Shown here one piece after another: positions 52,812 through 54,678 of a stretch of DNA of 54,678 nucleotides; position 1 is the stretch's first letter; the number at the start of each line of letters is the position of its first letter. A program made the translations under genes and the position numbers. Location: positions 160,332,709 through 160,387,386 of the forward strand of contig NC_068982.1 of NCBI RefSeq assembly GCF_001194135.2, read 5' to 3'. The notes beneath the pieces are model-generated. The model made no database searches, was not told the origin of the DNA, and was given only the letters and a program-made list of their open reading frames with translations. The DNA is from Octopus bimaculoides (taxonomy: Eukaryota).

Positions 52812-53375
52812 CCAGTGAGCTGACGGAAACGTTAGCACGCCGGGCGAAATACTTAGCAGTATTTCGTCAGTCTTTGTGTTCTGAGTTCAAATACCACTGA
52901 GGTCGACTTTGCCTTTCATCGTTTTGGGGATCGATAAATTAAGTACCAATTGCGTACTGGGATCGATCTAATCGACTGGATACCTCTCTCAAAATGTTGA
53001 GCCTTGTGTCTAGAGTAGAAAAGAATCGTTAGCACGCTGGACAAATTACTTAGCGGTATCTGGCCCATCGTTACGTTCCGAGTTCAAATTCCGCTGAGAT
53101 CGACTTTGCCTTTCAACCTTTTTGGCGGTTCGATAAATTAAGTACCAGTTGCATACTGGTCGATCTAATCTACTGGACCCCTCCCCCCAAAGTTTCGGGC
53201 TTTGTGTCTCGAGTAGAAAAGTATCGTTAGCACGCTGGACGAGTTCAAATTCCGCCGAGGTCGACTTTGAATTTCATCCATCTGTAGTCGATAAATTGAA
53301 ACACTTGGGTCGATGTTATCGACTTGTCCCCTTTCCCCAAATTCCAGGCCTTGTGCTAATGGTAGAAAGGATTAT
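52812..53375 (+). mobile_element. Head-to-tail trimer of SINE family B
   Basis: GTTAGCACGC starts at 52831, 53028 and 53226 (spacing 197 and 198 nt); each unit has a GAGTTCAAAT B-box, GTCGACTTTGCC-like core and GCCTTGTG..TAGAAAAG tail; third unit internally deleted. Confidence 0.88.
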
Positions 53376-53589
53376 GAAATACTAAGGGAAAGGAGGCATC
53401 ATGCACACATACATGCATACAGTACACACACACACAGATAGACACAAGCACAAACAATACACACACAGAGACACATATAATACGCACACACAAACATAGA
53501 CACACACACACACACACACACATATACATTCGCTTGGCCAAAATTCTATTCGGTGTTTTAAGCAAAAGTAAGAAATAATTTGTAAATAC

Positions 53590-54470
53590 AAATTTATTTA
53601 TTAAATCAATGGTATACTTACCATTTCGCTTCTTGTGGGCAGATCCATTACTCCCTTCTCAGAGAATTTCTTTTCCTTACTGGCAAAAACGCTTTCACGT
53701 GAATTTTTACTACTTCTTCAGATTTGAAGGTTTGTCCATTCATTGGATTATGAACTGACTGAAACATGGAAAACTGAGGCGAATATGAAGGGTGCGACCA
53801 AACCTCAGAATTAAGACTCAGTAATTGCTGCCGCCACTGCAAAGTGGTGTATTCTAAGCTTCTAATGTATCACCGCTTTTAGTTTGTTCAACTGTTCACA
53901 ATACACATCCGAACTGATGGTCCTGCCCGAGAGAAGCTCGTAAAATTTCCGATCCAACAAAATTGAAACCATAACCTTCTTCGGGTCAAGTGCTGTTTAA
54001 GATGTTGTCTGTGTTTTTTTTTTGTTTGTTTGTTTTTTGCCACGTATTCCCTACGATAATTAGCGCTTCATACTGTTATAGACGATCAATTTAACTTCCA
54101 GTGTCACTATCCTCTTCAAAAGAGGACAATTTTCTCCGAATTTCTGCAACGAATCGCAGAAGGTTAGCCACGTTTGGGAAGGTTAGCCACGTGCAAATCA
54201 TTTAGAACACAAACATCAAACCTGCTGACGAAAGCAAGTTAATGCAGATGGCTTTCAACATTCGATTTGGATATTTGAGGAATATCCGCAATGCTGCCGG
54301 TCGTATAACGTGCTTTGGTGTCGCTGCTAATATCAAACCACGAACTAGAGCGAGATGCATCATGTGATGAAAAATTTCTCAATCGAAACTGAAAAGCCAC
54401 TTCAGGCACAGACCCTCTCTAAACGTGGCGATCTTTTTTGCAGATTTCTGCCGTCATCTTGCCATATATT
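53590..54470 (-). mobile_element. Degenerate mariner transposon (Mos1/Hsmar-like transposase remnants)
   Basis: Remnants NIPQISKSNVESHLH and SEVWSHPSYSPQ..FQSVHNPMNGQTFKSEEVVK; many frameshifts; termini not resolved. Confidence 0.75.
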
Positions 54471-54629
54471 TAAATAAGTAAATAAAAAGCACGTGGTATC
54501 GCAAATGTTGGTTTTGGTTCGCCTTTACACGTTGATCACAAGCACACAAAATACATGTTTCGTCGCAATTTCCGTCCGAACGACTCGAAAAGTCAGGTAG
54601 GTAACGAGTGCGCATGCGCAAGTGACAAA

Positions 54630-54678
<49 letters not shown>

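Overview
AT-rich, microsatellite-dense, gapped eukaryotic genomic DNA. The SINE families, simple repeats and assembly style point to a coleoid cephalopod, most likely Octopus (inference). I could not identify any host protein-coding gene; only a few weak exon candidates bounded by splice sites are visible. Most ORF-track entries are translations of microsatellites, N-gaps or chance ORFs. The window is dominated by transposon remnants: several Penelope-like elements (PLEs), including a 5'-truncated RT+GIY-YIG copy at 14.0-16.3 kb with an inverted terminal duplication; an RTE LINE 3' end; an R4/Dong LINE 3' end embedded in (TAA)n; three mariner remnants; a TA-flanked MITE; and two tRNA-derived SINE families. 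The most interesting signal is a set of type I hammerhead ribozyme (HHR)-like motifs. One sits in a ~345-nt structured, ORF-less unit (50.5-51.3 kb) in tandem and inverted arrangement, resembling a non-LTR retrozyme. Another PLE family carries a tRNA-like Pol III cassette directly upstream of an HHR-like motif in its 3' region. All ribozyme calls are hand-folded predictions, several with core substitutions, and need testing.
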